This document shows positions 1 through 12,457 of a stretch of DNA of 64,000 nucleotides, one piece after another. The translations under genes were made by a program, and so were the position numbers. This DNA comes from Felis catus (lineage: Eukaryota): NCBI RefSeq assembly GCF_018350175.1, contig NC_058368.1, positions 217,374,001 to 217,438,000 on the forward strand, read 5' to 3'. The notes beneath the pieces are model-generated. The model was not told the DNA's origin. It saw only the letters and a list, made by a program, of their open reading frames with translations, and did no database searches. Within the stretch, counting starts at the first letter, position 1. Every line of letters begins with the position of its first letter.

Positions 1-343
1 TCATATTTGTAAATTTTCCAGAGTTATCCTAATTTCATTTTTTCAACTAAAAAAAAGAAGCAGATAATGTTTAAAAATCATAGTTCAATAAATTGTTAAT
101 CACGTGGCAGTCATCATTCAGTTACTTTACTTTCAATATAAAGAATAGACGTCCCTATTAATATTAAGTCCCTTAATATTAAGTCCCACCCTTAATAATC
201 GTTTCAGGTTATATTTACAATTAATTTTGCTTTATTAAATTAAATAATTTCAGAAATATAATTTCTGATGTAGAAAGGATAGTCTAAAAGCATCATGTAG
301 ATATTTATCTCCTTTGGCTTAACAAAGCTAAATTAACTGCCCT

Positions 344-385
344 CTGAGAGAGAGAGAGAGAGAATTCAGAGAAAGAGAGAGAGAG
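344..385. repeat. (GA)n-rich microsatellite
   Basis: Interrupted gagagaga run visible directly. Confidence 0.85.
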
Positions 386-897
386 ATTCCACTATCAAAG
401 AATAACTAAACTTAAAAACAAGGACAAAAGAAAAGCAGATTAACTCTACATTTTTATAACTCTCTTTCATTTAATATGAGATAAATAGTGCAAACACTTA
501 CTTTGTGGGTAGCGTTGTCCAAAATAAATCTAGAAGTTTCAATTTGCTACATGTCAAATTTGTCAAATTTACTTAACGTCTTTTACAAATAATATTGCAC
601 AAAGAATGTATGTCAATTCTATTTTACCTTATTTTTGTTAACTTCTCTAGCAATCTTTAAAGACATTTAAAATGTGTTCATGTGTAAGTTGTGGAAAATA
701 AACCACTGCAGATCAGTTGAATTAATATTCATTTGCTAGAAAGCTGTCACTATAAAGCATGCAAAATGACCAAAATAAATGTGTATGTAGAAACTGATCT
801 CTAAATGGCTTACATTGATTTTCCTTCAAAAAAGTGAATGGAATTTCAATCCATGGGTCGAAACATATCTTATGGGAAAAAAATATTTATATATATA

Positions 898-1128
898 CAT
901 TAGTGGTTGAGCAACAAATTCTAGAAGTATCCCATCTACATTTGAATTTGGCTCCCTCAACTGATGCCTCTATTAACTTCGCAAGTTAGGACACTTCTCA
1001 GTCTCATTTTCTTTACCTATAAAACTTGGATGATAATAGTATTTACTTCATAGGGTTGTTAGAATGAAATAACACATGGAAAGTATTTAGAACACAGCCT
1101 GGCATGAAGTAGATTTTGCTATTATTAT
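898..1128 (+). mobile_element. MIR (ancient SINE)
   Basis: MIR core-like text: ctcagtctcattttctttacctataaaacttggatgataatagta...catagggttgtt...agaacacagcctggca. Confidence 0.75.
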
Positions 1129-1598
1129 ATAAATGACAGTAGGAAAAATAAGAATGTTCCCCTAAATACTACATTTTGATTATAAAACGATTTAAAATTT
1201 TAAAAGATTTGCAAAAATATTTAGGATTATATTAAAACTGATATTCTTAATTCATAATATTACCAAAGACTTAAATGCTTCTTATTTATTTATAGGAGAG
1301 TTTTTATCCTGCTATAAAACCTAAAATATAAAATCAAATTATATCTTCCTATATGTTTATTATATTATATGATATTTTGATTTTTCATCCAAAACATGTT
1401 GAAACGTAGTTAGATTTTATTCTGAAGCTTCAATAAAATTGCAACTCCCTACATACTTGCACATAGATACATAAATATACACATATATACATGTGTGTAT
1501 TATATGTATTTTAAAGATTCAAATTCAAATGTTAAAATTGTATTAATATAAGATACATTTTTCAATCTTCTCAAGATTATTTTTCTAGCTAGCATTTG

Positions 1599-1798
1599 TT
1601 TTTTTAAGTTTATTTATTTTGAGAGAGACAGAGACAGTGTGAGCCGGGGAGGGGTAGAGAGAGAGGGAGAGAGAGAGAATCCCAAGTAGGCTCTGCACTG
1701 TTAGCTCAAAGCCTGACACCTGTCTGGAACTCACGGTGAGATCAGGACGTGAGCAGAAACCAAGAGTCAGACGCTTAACTGAGTCACCCAGGCGCCCC
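1599..1798 (-). mobile_element. CanSINE (SINEC_Fc-type)
   Basis: Poly-T, GA tract and reverse complement of head (cacccaggcgcccc). Confidence 0.93.
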
Positions 1799-2062
1799 TC
1801 CAGCCAATAATTTTTATTAAAAAAACAAAACAAGCAAAAAGCAACAAAACAAAACAAAACAAAACTCCTCAACAATCCCTGCTAGAATATTCATTTATAT
1901 AGCTCACTCCTTATACTTTCACTTGTCTTCATTCATATTCATTAACCTGTTCATCTCCGTCTATGACATTAGGTTCTATTTCTGACCAATTTTCATTCAA
2001 CCACCTTCTAGTTGAAATGATCCTCTACACAAATTCCCCAAATTCAACCCCAACACCGTTTG

Positions 2063-2279
2063 TTTTTTAACTTTTTTTTTTTAACATTTATTTATTTTTG
2101 AGAGAGAGACAGAGCACGAGCAGGGGAGGGGGAGAAAGAGAGGGCGACAGAACCTGAAGCGGGCTCCAGGCTCTGAGCTGTCAGCACAGAGCCCAACTCC
2201 GGGCTTGAACTCCCAAACCGCAAGATCATGACCTGAGCCGAACTCGGAGGCTCAACTGACTGAACCACCCAGGCGTCCC
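2063..2279 (-). mobile_element. CanSINE (SINEC_Fc-type)
   Basis: ggctccaggctctgagctgtcagcacagagccc body; ends cacccaggcgtccc. Confidence 0.93.
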
Positions 2280-2714
2280 TCCAACAACCTTTTGTTTGAT
2301 TACCTCTGTATCTGTCACTGAAACAGAAAGGTCCAATCGTAGTTTGAATACACTAGTGAAGTCTACCTAAAATTTCATTTTTCTATATAGTATATAAATA
2401 TCACAAGCCTGTTTCTGCCCTATAATAATTAGTCAAGCAATCAAATCAGAATCTCATAATCTGTTGTAGGGTGGTGATACATGAATTCACTTTCACCATC
2501 CAAAGTCAGATTCGTTGTTTGTTCATTTTGTTTTCTCAGAAAGGGCAGTTTCCCCACACACCCATTTTTACACATACTCTTTAGTTTTTTAAATCACTGA
2601 GATGACATTTTCACATATTCTATTCTCTGCACAATCTTCCGCTACCCTCCTAACTGAAACTTTCCTGACAAACTAGAAGGAGTTACATAGAAACACTTGT
2701 GTTATCACTGCCAA

Positions 2715-2910
2715 TCAGGAGGTCTCAAAACTGTCAAGAGGATAAAAAACAAGGGAAGTCTGAGAAACTGTCACAGGCAAAGGAGCCGAAGACATGATAG
2801 CAAAATGCAATGTGATATTCTCAATGACATCATGGAACAGAAAAATCTCACGAGGCTGAAACTAAGGAAATCTGGGGAAAAAATTGACTTAATTATGTAT
2901 CAATATTAAT
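2715..2910 (+). mobile_element. Old L1 3' UTR fragment (L1MC-like)
   Basis: aagggaagtctgagaaactgtcacag...ggaacagaaaaa...aaactaaggaaatctg resembles the L1MC 3' UTR; homologous in inverted orientation to part of 3900-4640. Confidence 0.7.
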
Positions 2911-2964
2911 TTTTTTAAAAAAACATCTATAATACTAAGTGATGACTCTCTCCTTCCAACGTAA

Positions 2965-3665
2965 ACAAGACTACAATTTTAACATTTGATTTCTCGATAG
3001 TAGTCAAAATGATTGAACATGTTTCCTCTTGGTTAGCTTCTGTGATACTTCTTTTTGTGTGTGAGGTTACAACATCCCTGGCGATTTCCTTTTGGTTTGC
3101 TTTCTGGCTTCATCTCCTTTTCCCAAATAACTAATTATTGGTTTCCTCAGGGGTTCATTGCGGGTTTTCTTCTTTTCTGTCTTTGCATTATCTCCTTAAA
3201 ATATATCATTAGCACAATTTAAATAACATGTATTTTCTTTTGACACAAAAATTATATATCCAGCTCAAACCACTTTGTTTTGCTCTCAAAAGTCACATAT
3301 AGAGTACCTATATGCATGACCTACAATATAGTAACGTGTCCAAAACAGAACTGTCAATTTGCTCTCCAAAATCTCCTTTTCTAACACATTTGCCTAAGCA
3401 GAATAAATTTGATATCAGCGGCTGCTTAGTTACTCCCTCTGGAAAGATTCAAGTGATCTTCAATGTGCCTCTTTCCCTCACCACCCAACACATCAACTCT
3501 GTCAGCAAGGTATGACATTTTATCTCCAAAATGTAATTCTGTTCCTCTTACATCTTTCCTCTCTCTTGATATCTTATTCCAGATACTGTCATTTCTCTTC
3601 TTGATTACTTCAACAATCTCTTAAGAGGTTTCTGTTTGTTTTTCTTTAATTTTGTATCTTCCTAT
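2965..3665 (+). mobile_element. L2 LINE fragment
   Basis: Pyrimidine-rich L2-like text: gtgtccaaaacagaact..., ctctttccctcaccacccaacacatcaactctgtcagcaag, gattacttcaacaatctc. Confidence 0.65.
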
Positions 3666-3686
3666 CCATTTTTTAAAATAAATGCT

Positions 3687-3890
3687 GGAGCGCCTGGGTA
3701 GCTCAGTCAGCTAAGCGACCGACTTTGGCTGAGGTCATAATCTCACCGTTTGTGGGCCTGAGCCCCGTGTTGGGCTCTGTGCTGACAGCTCAGAGCCTGG
3801 AGCCTGCTTTGGATGTGTCTCCCTCTCTCTCCTTGTCTCTCCCTTGCTCACACTCTCTCTCTGTCTCTCAAAAATAAAGGGTAAATTTTT
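3687..3890 (+). mobile_element. CanSINE (SINEC_Fc-type)
   Basis: ggagcgcctgggtagctcagtc head, CT tract, A tail. Confidence 0.93.
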
Positions 3891-3899
3891 TAAAAATAT

Positions 3900-4640
3900 G
3901 TTAATTTAAAATAATTTAGGTTTACAGAAAAGTTGTGAGAACAATAGAGAAAGTTCCATGTACCCTCACCTACTTTTCCCTATTATTAACATCTTAGTTT
4001 AGTATGGTACATTTGTCAAAATTAATGAACCTATATTGAAACATTGTTATTAACTGAAGTCCATACATTATTCAGATTTCCTTAATTTTCACCCAATGTC
4101 CTTTTTTTATTCCAGGATCCCACATGGGACATCATATTATATTAAATAGTCATGTCTCCTTGGGTTCCTCTTAGCTGTGATAGTGATTTCTCAGATTCCT
4201 TTTTGGTAACCTTGACAGTTGTGAAGATACGGGGGTATTTTATAGAATGTCTTTCAATTGTGATAATCTGGTGTACTTTTCTCATGTTTACACTGGGATT
4301 ATGGGTTTGGGGGAAGGGATCACAGTGAAATTCTCATCACATCACATCAAGGATACACACTTTCAATATGACTTAGGCTTGTTGATATTAACCTAAGATG
4401 CCTGCCTGAAGTAGTGCTTCTCAGGTTTCTCTACTGTACGATATTCATTTTACCCCCATTCCATACAGAAGACAGTCAATATGTACAGCCCACATTTAAG
4501 GAATAAAAGTTATAGTTCACTTATTTGAAGACAGAATATCTCCATAAATTATTTGGGATTTTTCTGCATAGGATATTAGTTGATTAGACCTCATTCATTA
4601 ATTCAATCATTTAATTAGAGCAGTGTGGATTCCTGCTCAC
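3900..4640 (-). mobile_element. Old L1 3' UTR fragment (L1MC-like)
   Basis: aggtttacagaaaagttg...taccctcacc...ccaggatccc...catgtctccttgggttcctcttagctgtg typical of the L1MC 3' end in antisense. Confidence 0.75.
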
Positions 4641-4682
4641 TTTTGCACTTAATTTCACAAATTATTTTCTATTGTTTTAATT

Positions 4683-4902
4683 TTATTTTTTAAATTAATT
4701 GAATAATTTATTTATTTTGCCAGAGACAGAGACAGCTTGGGAGGGGGAGGGGTAGACAGCGAGGAAAAGAGAGAATCTCAAACAGGCTCCACACTGTCCG
4801 TGCAGAGGACAACACAGGACTCAAACCCATGACCCATAAGATCACGATCTGAGCCGAAACCAAGAGTTGGATGCTTAACCAACTGAGCCACCCAGGTGCC
4901 CC
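4683..4902 (-). mobile_element. CanSINE
   Basis: Reverse-complement head gagccacccaggtgcccc; GA tract. Confidence 0.9.
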
Positions 4903-4966
4903 CTAAAATTATTTTTTAAATACATATAGGGCAATAATAAATTCTCTCTTCCAAGCATGAAATATA

Positions 4967-5166
4967 TTTTTTAAGTTTATTTTATTTATTTTTAGAGAGA
5001 GACAGAGAGCATGAGCAGGGGAGGGACAGAGAGAGAGAATCCCAAACAGGCTCCTCACTGACAGCATGAAGCTCTACATGGGGCCCGAATTCATGAACAG
5101 TGAGGTCATGACCTGAGCCAAAATCGAGAGTTGGATGTTTAACCAACTCAGCTACCCAGGCAACCC
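4967..5166 (-). mobile_element. CanSINE with TSD
   Basis: SINE body flanked by agcatgaaatat on both sides. Confidence 0.92.
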
Positions 5167-5795
5167 ACCAGCATGAAATATTTTAATGGCTCCCAGTTGA
5201 ACCCACTATTTATCATACACTGCTCTCACTTTCATCCTAACTATTGATCAGGTTGAAACCTAACACTCTAACACTGTTTTTTATCTTTCTAGTATCATTT
5301 TCTTATTCTAATGACTTTTGCATGCTATTTGCTTTGCATGAATACTGTTCAAACCATTTTCTCTATAGCTTCTAAATACTGTCTTACATCATCTCTCTGG
5401 AAATTATTCCCTGATCTATGTATGTCAATGATTCTCTTTATGTGTTAAAACTTCTATGACAAGCATAAATTATTTTCTCTTTTATACATCTGCATACTAT
5501 TCTCTGTGGAAGGCCCAAACATAATGCGATTAAAAGAACTAATTAGTTAAATTAGTTTTAAGTCTAGAATTCTTTTCTTTTTATTTTTAAGATTATTCTC
5601 ATATCATAAGATATACTATATGCCAAGAAATTATAGTCCAAAATATGTCACAAATATCGAGTGTTTTCCACACAAATGAAAGTCACTTGCTGAATTTTGA
5701 AATTTTTAATTGTTGTATCTTACTTTTTCTGCATATTGTTGCCATATAGTGATGTACCTAGTTAATTGAACAGCTCTTAACACTTTGATGGTCTT

Positions 5796-5992
5796 GGGGG
5801 ACCTGGGTGGCTCGGTTGGTTAAGTGTCCAGCTCAGGTCATGGTCTCATAGTTTGTGAGTTTGAGCCCCGGGTTGGGCTCTGGACTGGCAGCAAGGAGCC
5901 TGCTTGGGATTGTCTGTCTCCTTCTCTCCCTGTCCCTTCCCTGTTCGTGCTTTCTCTAAAAAATAAATAAATAAAACATTTTTTTAAAAAAG
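5796..5992 (+). mobile_element. CanSINE with 14 bp TSD
   Basis: TSD actttgatggtctt at 5782-5795 and 5993-6006. Confidence 0.95.
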
Positions 5993-6136
5993 ACTTTGAT
6001 GGTCTTAAGTTTTCCTGCAAAGAAAAAATAAAGTTTGAAAGTTTAGTTACTCTCTACTTGGTCTTATTGAACAATAGTGTCAATGAATGCAATATTCTCA
6101 AAAAAGGTATTTCACATTAAAATTGTCAGAAGTTTT

Positions 6137-6542
6137 GGAACAACTGGGTGGTTAAGTTGGTTGAGTATCCCACTCTTTCATTTTTCAAAAATGAAAATAT
6201 AGTTGAGGGATTTTACTGATACTGTGGCATCACTCTAGGTACCACACTAAGGAATTTCAAAGTTATTTTAAAACATCAAAACTAAAAACACTTTCTGTAA
6301 ATTCAGACCAGATGTCCAATGTCCTTGTTTGATTTAAAATTAATCTCTTTTTTTCTTATTATTAAAGTATCAGTACTCTTTGGCCAGTCAAGGTTAAGTG
6401 TTGGAGGCTGTGGCCATCAATATCTAAATTCAAGAGGCTTACAAAGGTAGGTAGGTATGGCTCAGGTCATAATCTAATAGTTTGTGGGGTTGAGCCCTGT
6501 GTCGGGCTATGTACTGATGGCTTGAAGCCTGCTTGGATTTTC

Positions 6543-6582
<40 letters not shown>

Positions 6583-6664
6583 CCCTCCTCAAGCACGCAC
6601 ACATACTCTCTTTCTCTCTCTTTCTCTCAAAATAAATAAATAAACATTAAAAGATAATTAAATG
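6137..6664 (+). mobile_element. CanSINE interrupted by a ~277 bp insertion
   Basis: Head 6137-6180 (ggaacaactgggtggttaagttggttgagtatcccactctt); body resumes at 6458 (tggctcaggtcat); degenerate TSD aaattgtcagaagttt/aaattgtcaacagttt. Confidence 0.88.
6181..6457 (+). repeat. Local direct duplication, copy 1 (inserted in SINE); matches 7387-7665
   Basis: Colinear match by eye, e.g. atcactctaggtaccacactaaggaa and gtactctttggccagtcaaggttaagtgtt in both copies. Confidence 0.95.
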
Positions 6665-6722
6665 AAATTGTCAACAGTTTCAAGTAGGCTCTTCTTACAA
6701 AGTTTATAAAATAAACATGAGA

Positions 6723-6942
6723 GGAGCACCTGGGTGGCTCAGTCAGTTAAGTGTTGGACTCTCGATTTTGGCCCAGGTCACTATCTCATGGTTTGTGAGT
6801 TTAAGCCCCACATCGGGCTCTACACTGATGGTGCAGAGTCTGCTTGTGATTTTTCTCTCTTTCTCTTTGCCCCTTCAGTGTGCTATCTCTAAATAAATAA
6901 ATAAATAAATAAATAATAAATAAAGTAGAACTTAAAAAAAAA
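6723..6942 (+). mobile_element. CanSINE with (TAAA)n tail
   Basis: ggagcacctgggtggctcagtcagttaag head. Confidence 0.93.
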
Positions 6943-7386
6943 TAAATGAACGAGAGAAAGAACAATATTATAATGGAAATGAAACCTCAATTTTCATACC
7001 TGATATGTGCGTATACATAAAATGTTTTATAATTTTTTTCTGGAAGCAAGCAAAATAAAGGCTTGTGTATGCCATGGCTGTGACACAAGAAAAATCTGTT
7101 TGAACCTTTATAGTTTTAACTTTATTGTGTGTGGTAAGGATGTAAACAAGGGAATTTATGTTTCTTTCTTTCTTCCTTCTCTCCCTTCTTCCTCTTTCAC
7201 TTCTTTGTTTTGTCCTCGCCTGCCCAGTGGCTTTCTTGCTGCCTTTCTTTCAAGAAAGACCATTGTTACTGCAGATTTAACATGAGTTTCGAAGCCTAAA
7301 TATTGAGTTTCAACTTAATACAAGCAGTTCCTAGTGTTTTATCTTATACATTTTTTTTTGAAAAATTACTTTATGAGCATGAAAAG

Positions 7387-7665
7387 TTTTTAAAAAATGA
7401 AAATATAGTTCAAGGATATTACTGATACTGTGATATCACTCTAGGTACCACACTAAGGAAATTCAAAGTTATTTTAAAACATCAAAACTAAAAACACTTC
7501 CAGTAAATTCAGCCCAGATGTACAATGTCCTTGATTTATTTAAAATTAATCTTTTTTTAATCATTATTATTAAAGTATTGGTACTCTTTGGCCAGTCAAG
7601 GTTAAGTGTTTGAGGCTGTGGCCATCAATATATAAATTCAAGAGGCTTACATAGGTAGGTAGGTA
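7387..7665 (+). repeat. Local direct duplication, copy 2 (presumed donor)
   Basis: Same sequence as 6181-6457, here in non-SINE context and running into a (TAGG)n tract. Confidence 0.95.
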
Positions 7666-9022
7666 GGTAAATAGATGATACACAGACAGACAGACAGACA
7701 TGAGGATAGAGGAGAAATCTAAGAATACTGAGGCTTGAAACACAGAGTAATCAATTAACCAAGTCAAAGGCATGGAAGATTGCACATAAAACCACAGCCA
7801 GCAACTTAGACACATTCAAACTTATAACCTATCACCACTTCAGACTCAGGGCTATTTTGCTAATATCTAGATAACTCAAGGTATTTTTGTATCCTAGAAT
7901 CCAAGCTATTTCTCTCTTAATTTTTGTTTTCAAGAAATATATAAACTTACAAAAGCATAGTTTTTATTTCATAGTGGTCGAATCTTTTCTCTTTCTTCCT
8001 CTCTCTGTTTTTCCTCTCTCTTTCCCTACATAGTTATTCACTGGGCATTCTAACATATTTGTAGTGTTTTCAGTTATGCCCTATTATGTATTGCCATCTT
8101 AATTTCAAAAGCTAAGATATAACTTGGCCAGAGAAACAAGAAGCAGAGGCATCAATGTCAGGAGAATAATGTGGGATAAGGTAAAGACGTCATGTGGAAC
8201 TGAGTGAATCCAATAGAACTTCTACAATAATAAAGATCTTAAGTGCAGTAGTGTAGTTAATTGACACAGGCTTTCAGCTTCCTAGTGTATCCTGATAATC
8301 CACATTGAAGTACCCGAAGCAATGATGCATGAACAACACCCGAAGCTCAGCCATAGGTTGAAGAGTAAACACAGAGTGATTTCTCTAGGTTATGTAAAAG
8401 AAATGCCTTATAATAATGCTTGAAGAATACCTACCTACCTCTGAAAACCAAGGATAATTTGTTGTTATTTATAATTTAAAGTGATATGTCATATCCAATA
8501 ATGTTTTGGTAATAAAAATAATGCTGATAATTAATCAGGAGCTTTATTTAACACACAGTTTTTACTAATGAATCTTCATTTCCTAAGGAAAACAAGCTTA
8601 CCTGTACATCCTCATCATATTAATTGAGTATATTTAGCGACTTCTTGATCTGCACTGTTAGTACTGCCTCACCCCACCTTCTCAATACCTTAAGGCCATT
8701 ACTTCATGAACATTTTATAAATGAAGGATCTGTAACTAAAAGGGTTAAATGACTGTTAAAGATCATGCAGTTAGAAATTGGTTAAGCTTTCATGCAAACA
8801 GACTCACTAAAATGCAACTGTAGAATTGCTGATTATTGACAACATACATTAAAACAACTACATTTTAATTAGAGATTTTTATTAGGGTAACATTTAAGCA
8901 ATAGATGAACAAATAATGATGGTTAAAGTATCCAAAGTAATTCTGATTTTTAAAATGATGACATAATGTGTTATTTTCATAGTGAAAATAGAAACCAAAT
9001 TTAAGATGCAAAAATAATTTTA

Positions 9023-9226
9023 GGGGCACCTGGGTGGCTCAGTCAGGGGTCTGACTCGATTTCAGCTCAGGTCATGATCTCACCATTTGTGAGTTCAAGC
9101 ACCACATCGGGCTCTGTGCTGACAGCATGGAGCCCTCTTGGGATTCTCTCTCTCTCCCTCTCTGTCTGCCCTACCTGTTTGTGCATTCTGTTCCTCTCTC
9201 AACATAAATAAATAAACTTAAAAAAA
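9023..9226 (+). mobile_element. CanSINE with TSD
   Basis: TSD aagatgcaaaaataatttt / aagatgcgaaaataatttt. Confidence 0.93.
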
Positions 9227-10726
9227 AAGATGCGAAAATAATTTTTAAGTATGCATCCACCTTTGGGATACATGTTTAATTTTCAAATTTTAACTAAATC
9301 TAATATTTTGGTACTGTGACTTTCCTACTTGCTTAATAAACTGAGCTCCAGCACAGAACCAGAGTTGGGAAGGGAAATGAACAATCCAAACTCCATGTTT
9401 TACCTACAGATTCAGTGTTGTTTTTGTGAATATAGAACATTGCTAAATAAAATCAAGCAACAATAAAAACAGAAAAGAGATCAGTCAAATGAATTATATA
9501 TCTAAATCGGCACAAGAACATTGTTAAACAAGGGATTCAGAGAGAGATGGAAAATTTACATTAAAAAGTAGTAGAAGTAGGGGAGAGGTGCCAAGTCAGG
9601 GAATGTTCTGGGAAAGAAGATTACTTCTGAAGGTTTTTGAATTGCTAAACCATGCCAAACCATCAATCACTATACACAGACCTTAATTCTATTTTGCATG
9701 GTATCCATGTCCTCACCACTTGCGGGTAGAAGTTGATAGAGTATTCTGGAATGCATCTTTTTGACAAAATGGTTGCATGCAATTGTACTGTGAAAGGTAG
9801 ACTTCTGGGTTCAGAAACTTGAACTGGGTACTTTACCATTGTTACAATCCATTACAATCCAGACTTTAATGGATGCATCCCTGCCTCATGAGACGTACTT
9901 AAACTTCACTGACTGAATTCTGTAGGCCATTGTGGGTGCTCAACCCCAGATTTCTGCAATCCCTTACAGTAAGTGGACTTCCATTTTCATTGCCTCCTCG
10001 ATCTTCTGAGCTGCTGATTTTATCTACCATTACACACTTCATTGACCGGAACTTAAATCTTAGCTTCATCTCCAATTTCAACAAAAAATACAACTCACTC
10101 AAAGTAAGAATCTGTGCATTTGGTAGATTTCACTATTTTGCCAAAGGAACTCTTAACTATTTTTTTGCTGTTGATATTCAGAGCAATTCAACTATTCCTA
10201 ACATCAGCTCAAGGAATTAGAGGCCTATTTATTTAATGGGAAATATCATCTGAAGACCATTCTGATGGTATATGTTTGTGCCCACCGGTTTGCTGAGGAT
10301 GGTCTTGTTGATTCCCAAGTAGAAGGGTATATGAGAGAACAAGGAGAGAAAGGGAAATAGAACATGCTAGTGTTCAACTTACATCAAAGAGTTAAGGATA
10401 GCTGTCTTTTCAGGTTCTAGCACATATGTGTTTAGCACATTTAAAAAAAATAGCCAGATTGTGATACCTGCTAAAATATGCTTATCCCTGATAGAGAGCT
10501 CAGCTTACTTCTTGTGCTTAGAACACCAATATGATACATTGTGAGTTTTAATAAGTGTCTCAGAGCCTTCCTGCAACTAATAAACTGCTAGTATATCAAT
10601 TATAGCTTTGCATACACAAATATATTGGGGATAAAAAGTGAAGCTTATTATTAAAGGGAGTGGCCTGGGTAAAGATGTATAGTGAATTATAAGTAAATAG
10701 AAGGTAAGTTGGATGAACAGTGTTTT

Positions 10727-10950
10727 CTTTTTTAATTTTTTTTTCAACGTTTTTTATTTATTTTTGGGACAGAGAGAGACAGAGCATGAACGGGGGAGGG
10801 GCAGAGAGAGAGGGAGACACAGAATCGGAAACAGGCTCCAGGCTCTGAGCCATCAGCCCAGAGCCCTACGCGGGGCTCGAACTCACGGAGCGCGAGATCG
10901 TGACCTGGCTGAAGTCGGACGCTTAACCGACCGCGCCACCCAGGTGCCCC
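10727..10950 (-). mobile_element. Young CanSINE (SINEC_Fc), CpG-rich, perfect TSD
   Basis: TSD tgaacagtgtttt at 10714-10726 and from 10951; retained CpGs; gagccatcagccc variant. Confidence 0.97.
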
Positions 10951-11086
10951 TGAACAGTGTTTTTAATAGGAAGACAAAAACTGGGAAAAGTCATTGGCCT
11001 CTTAGTTTAATTTATATTATTTAGAATATTTATTCACCAATGTATATCTTGCAAATAGTAGGCACTCAATGAACAATTAAACAACA

Positions 11087-11298
11087 TTTTTTTTAATGTT
11101 TATTCATTAAACATGAAAGACAGAGAAAGACAGAGCATGAGCAGGGCAGGGGCAGAGAGGGAGACACAGAATCTAAAGCAGGCTCCAGGCTCTGAGCTGT
11201 CAGCACAGAGCCCAATGTGGGGCTTGAACCCACAAACTGTGAGATCATGACCTGAGCTGAAGTCGGACGCTTAACTGACTGAGCCACCCAGGCACGCC
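11087..11298 (-). mobile_element. CanSINE
   Basis: Canonical body; flanks tcaatgaacaatt / tcaataaacaatt. Confidence 0.94.
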
Positions 11299-12012
11299 TC
11301 AATAAACAATTTTAAATTTAACCGTTTTAAACAGTTGATGATGAGTGGGTGCAAAAGACAGGGAGCTTGACTTGATCTGTGGTGTCACAGGCATACATAG
11401 AGTAGTCATACTAAATATGAAGCACCAGTGAGCATCTCTTTAATGTTTTTAATGTTCAGGATAGATTGCTTAAGATGTGTTACAGTGCAAATGTATTTTA
11501 ATGTACACTTAGATAGTTGGACTATCCATTGTGAAGTATCAGAATTCTACACAGATCAAGACTGCTTCCAGATGTGTTAACATCAGATGGGAGCTATTTT
11601 GCACATGTCTATGCTTGTTTTTTGTTTTTTGTGTTTTTTTTTCCTTCAGATTGTAAGTAAGACCAAAGAGATTAAGTAGTTGGCTTTGATTATTTTTAAG
11701 GGGGTTGTCCCACTTGTTTCATTGTCTGACACTCTGGTCTCAAAAGAAGTTGCTTGTCTAAGGATTTGTCTGGAAACCAGAGATGGTTAAATGTCCTAGG
11801 TATGCTGATATATGATAAAAACAAAGGTACATGTTTGAGCCTACCATTGTCTACTCCAGGTATTCTCTATTAAGTCTAAGTAATCTAGACAGATGTAAAA
11901 CACTAGGGATGCAGAAATTTTTGGAAGTGAGTCATCTGTTCAATCTTTGGTACAGACTTTAGAGAGGGGTTTTCAATTGGAGTATTTAGCTGCTTGGTAC
12001 CAGACATGCAGC

Positions 12013-12457
12013 TTTTTTTTTCTTCTTAAGATTACTTATTTGGGGCACCTGGGTGGCTCAGTCGGTTAGACGTCCGACTTAGGCTCAGGTCACGATCTCG
12101 CGGTCCGGGAGTTCGAGCCCCGCGTCGGGCTCTGGGCTGATGGCTCAGAGCCTGGAGCCTGCTTCCGATTCTGTGTCTCCCTCTCTCTCTGCCCCTCCCC
12201 CATTCATGCTCTGTCTCTCTCTGTCTCAAAAATAAATAAAACGTTAAAAAATTTTAAAAAAGATTACTTATTTATTTTGAGACAGAGAAAGAGAGCAAGC
12301 AGGGAAGGGGCAGAGAGAGAGGGAGAGAGAGACTCCCAAGCAGGCTCTGTGCTGTCAGCATGCAGCCCAGTGCAGGGCCTGATCCCATGAACTGGGAGAA
12401 CATGACCTGAGCCGAAATCAAGAGTCAAAAGCTTAACTGAGTCACCCAGGCGCCCCC
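12013..12457 (-). mobile_element. Older CanSINE whose tail hosts a younger SINE
   Basis: Tail at 12013-12041 and body at 12274-12457 ending cacccaggcgcccc. Confidence 0.9.
12042..12259 (+). mobile_element. Young CanSINE nested in SINE tail, 14 bp TSD
   Basis: TSD aagattacttattt at 12028-12041 and 12260-12273; CpG-rich. Confidence 0.97.

Noticed and set aside
158..187. ttaatattaagtccc repeated twice
   Set aside because: Ordinary 15 bp slippage duplication with no spacers; not CRISPR-like.
2715..4640. Inverted homology between 2715-2910 and ~4025-4230
   Set aside because: Explained by two diverged old L1MC-like fragments in opposite orientation; no evidence of a specific structure.
10713..11024. 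103 aa ORF and similar ORFs (e.g. 12032-12229, 44449-44697, 39917-40110, 58318-58525)
   Set aside because: All are translations of CanSINE sequence (RETEHERGRGRERGRHRI / AQSLEPASDSVSPSL); not genes.
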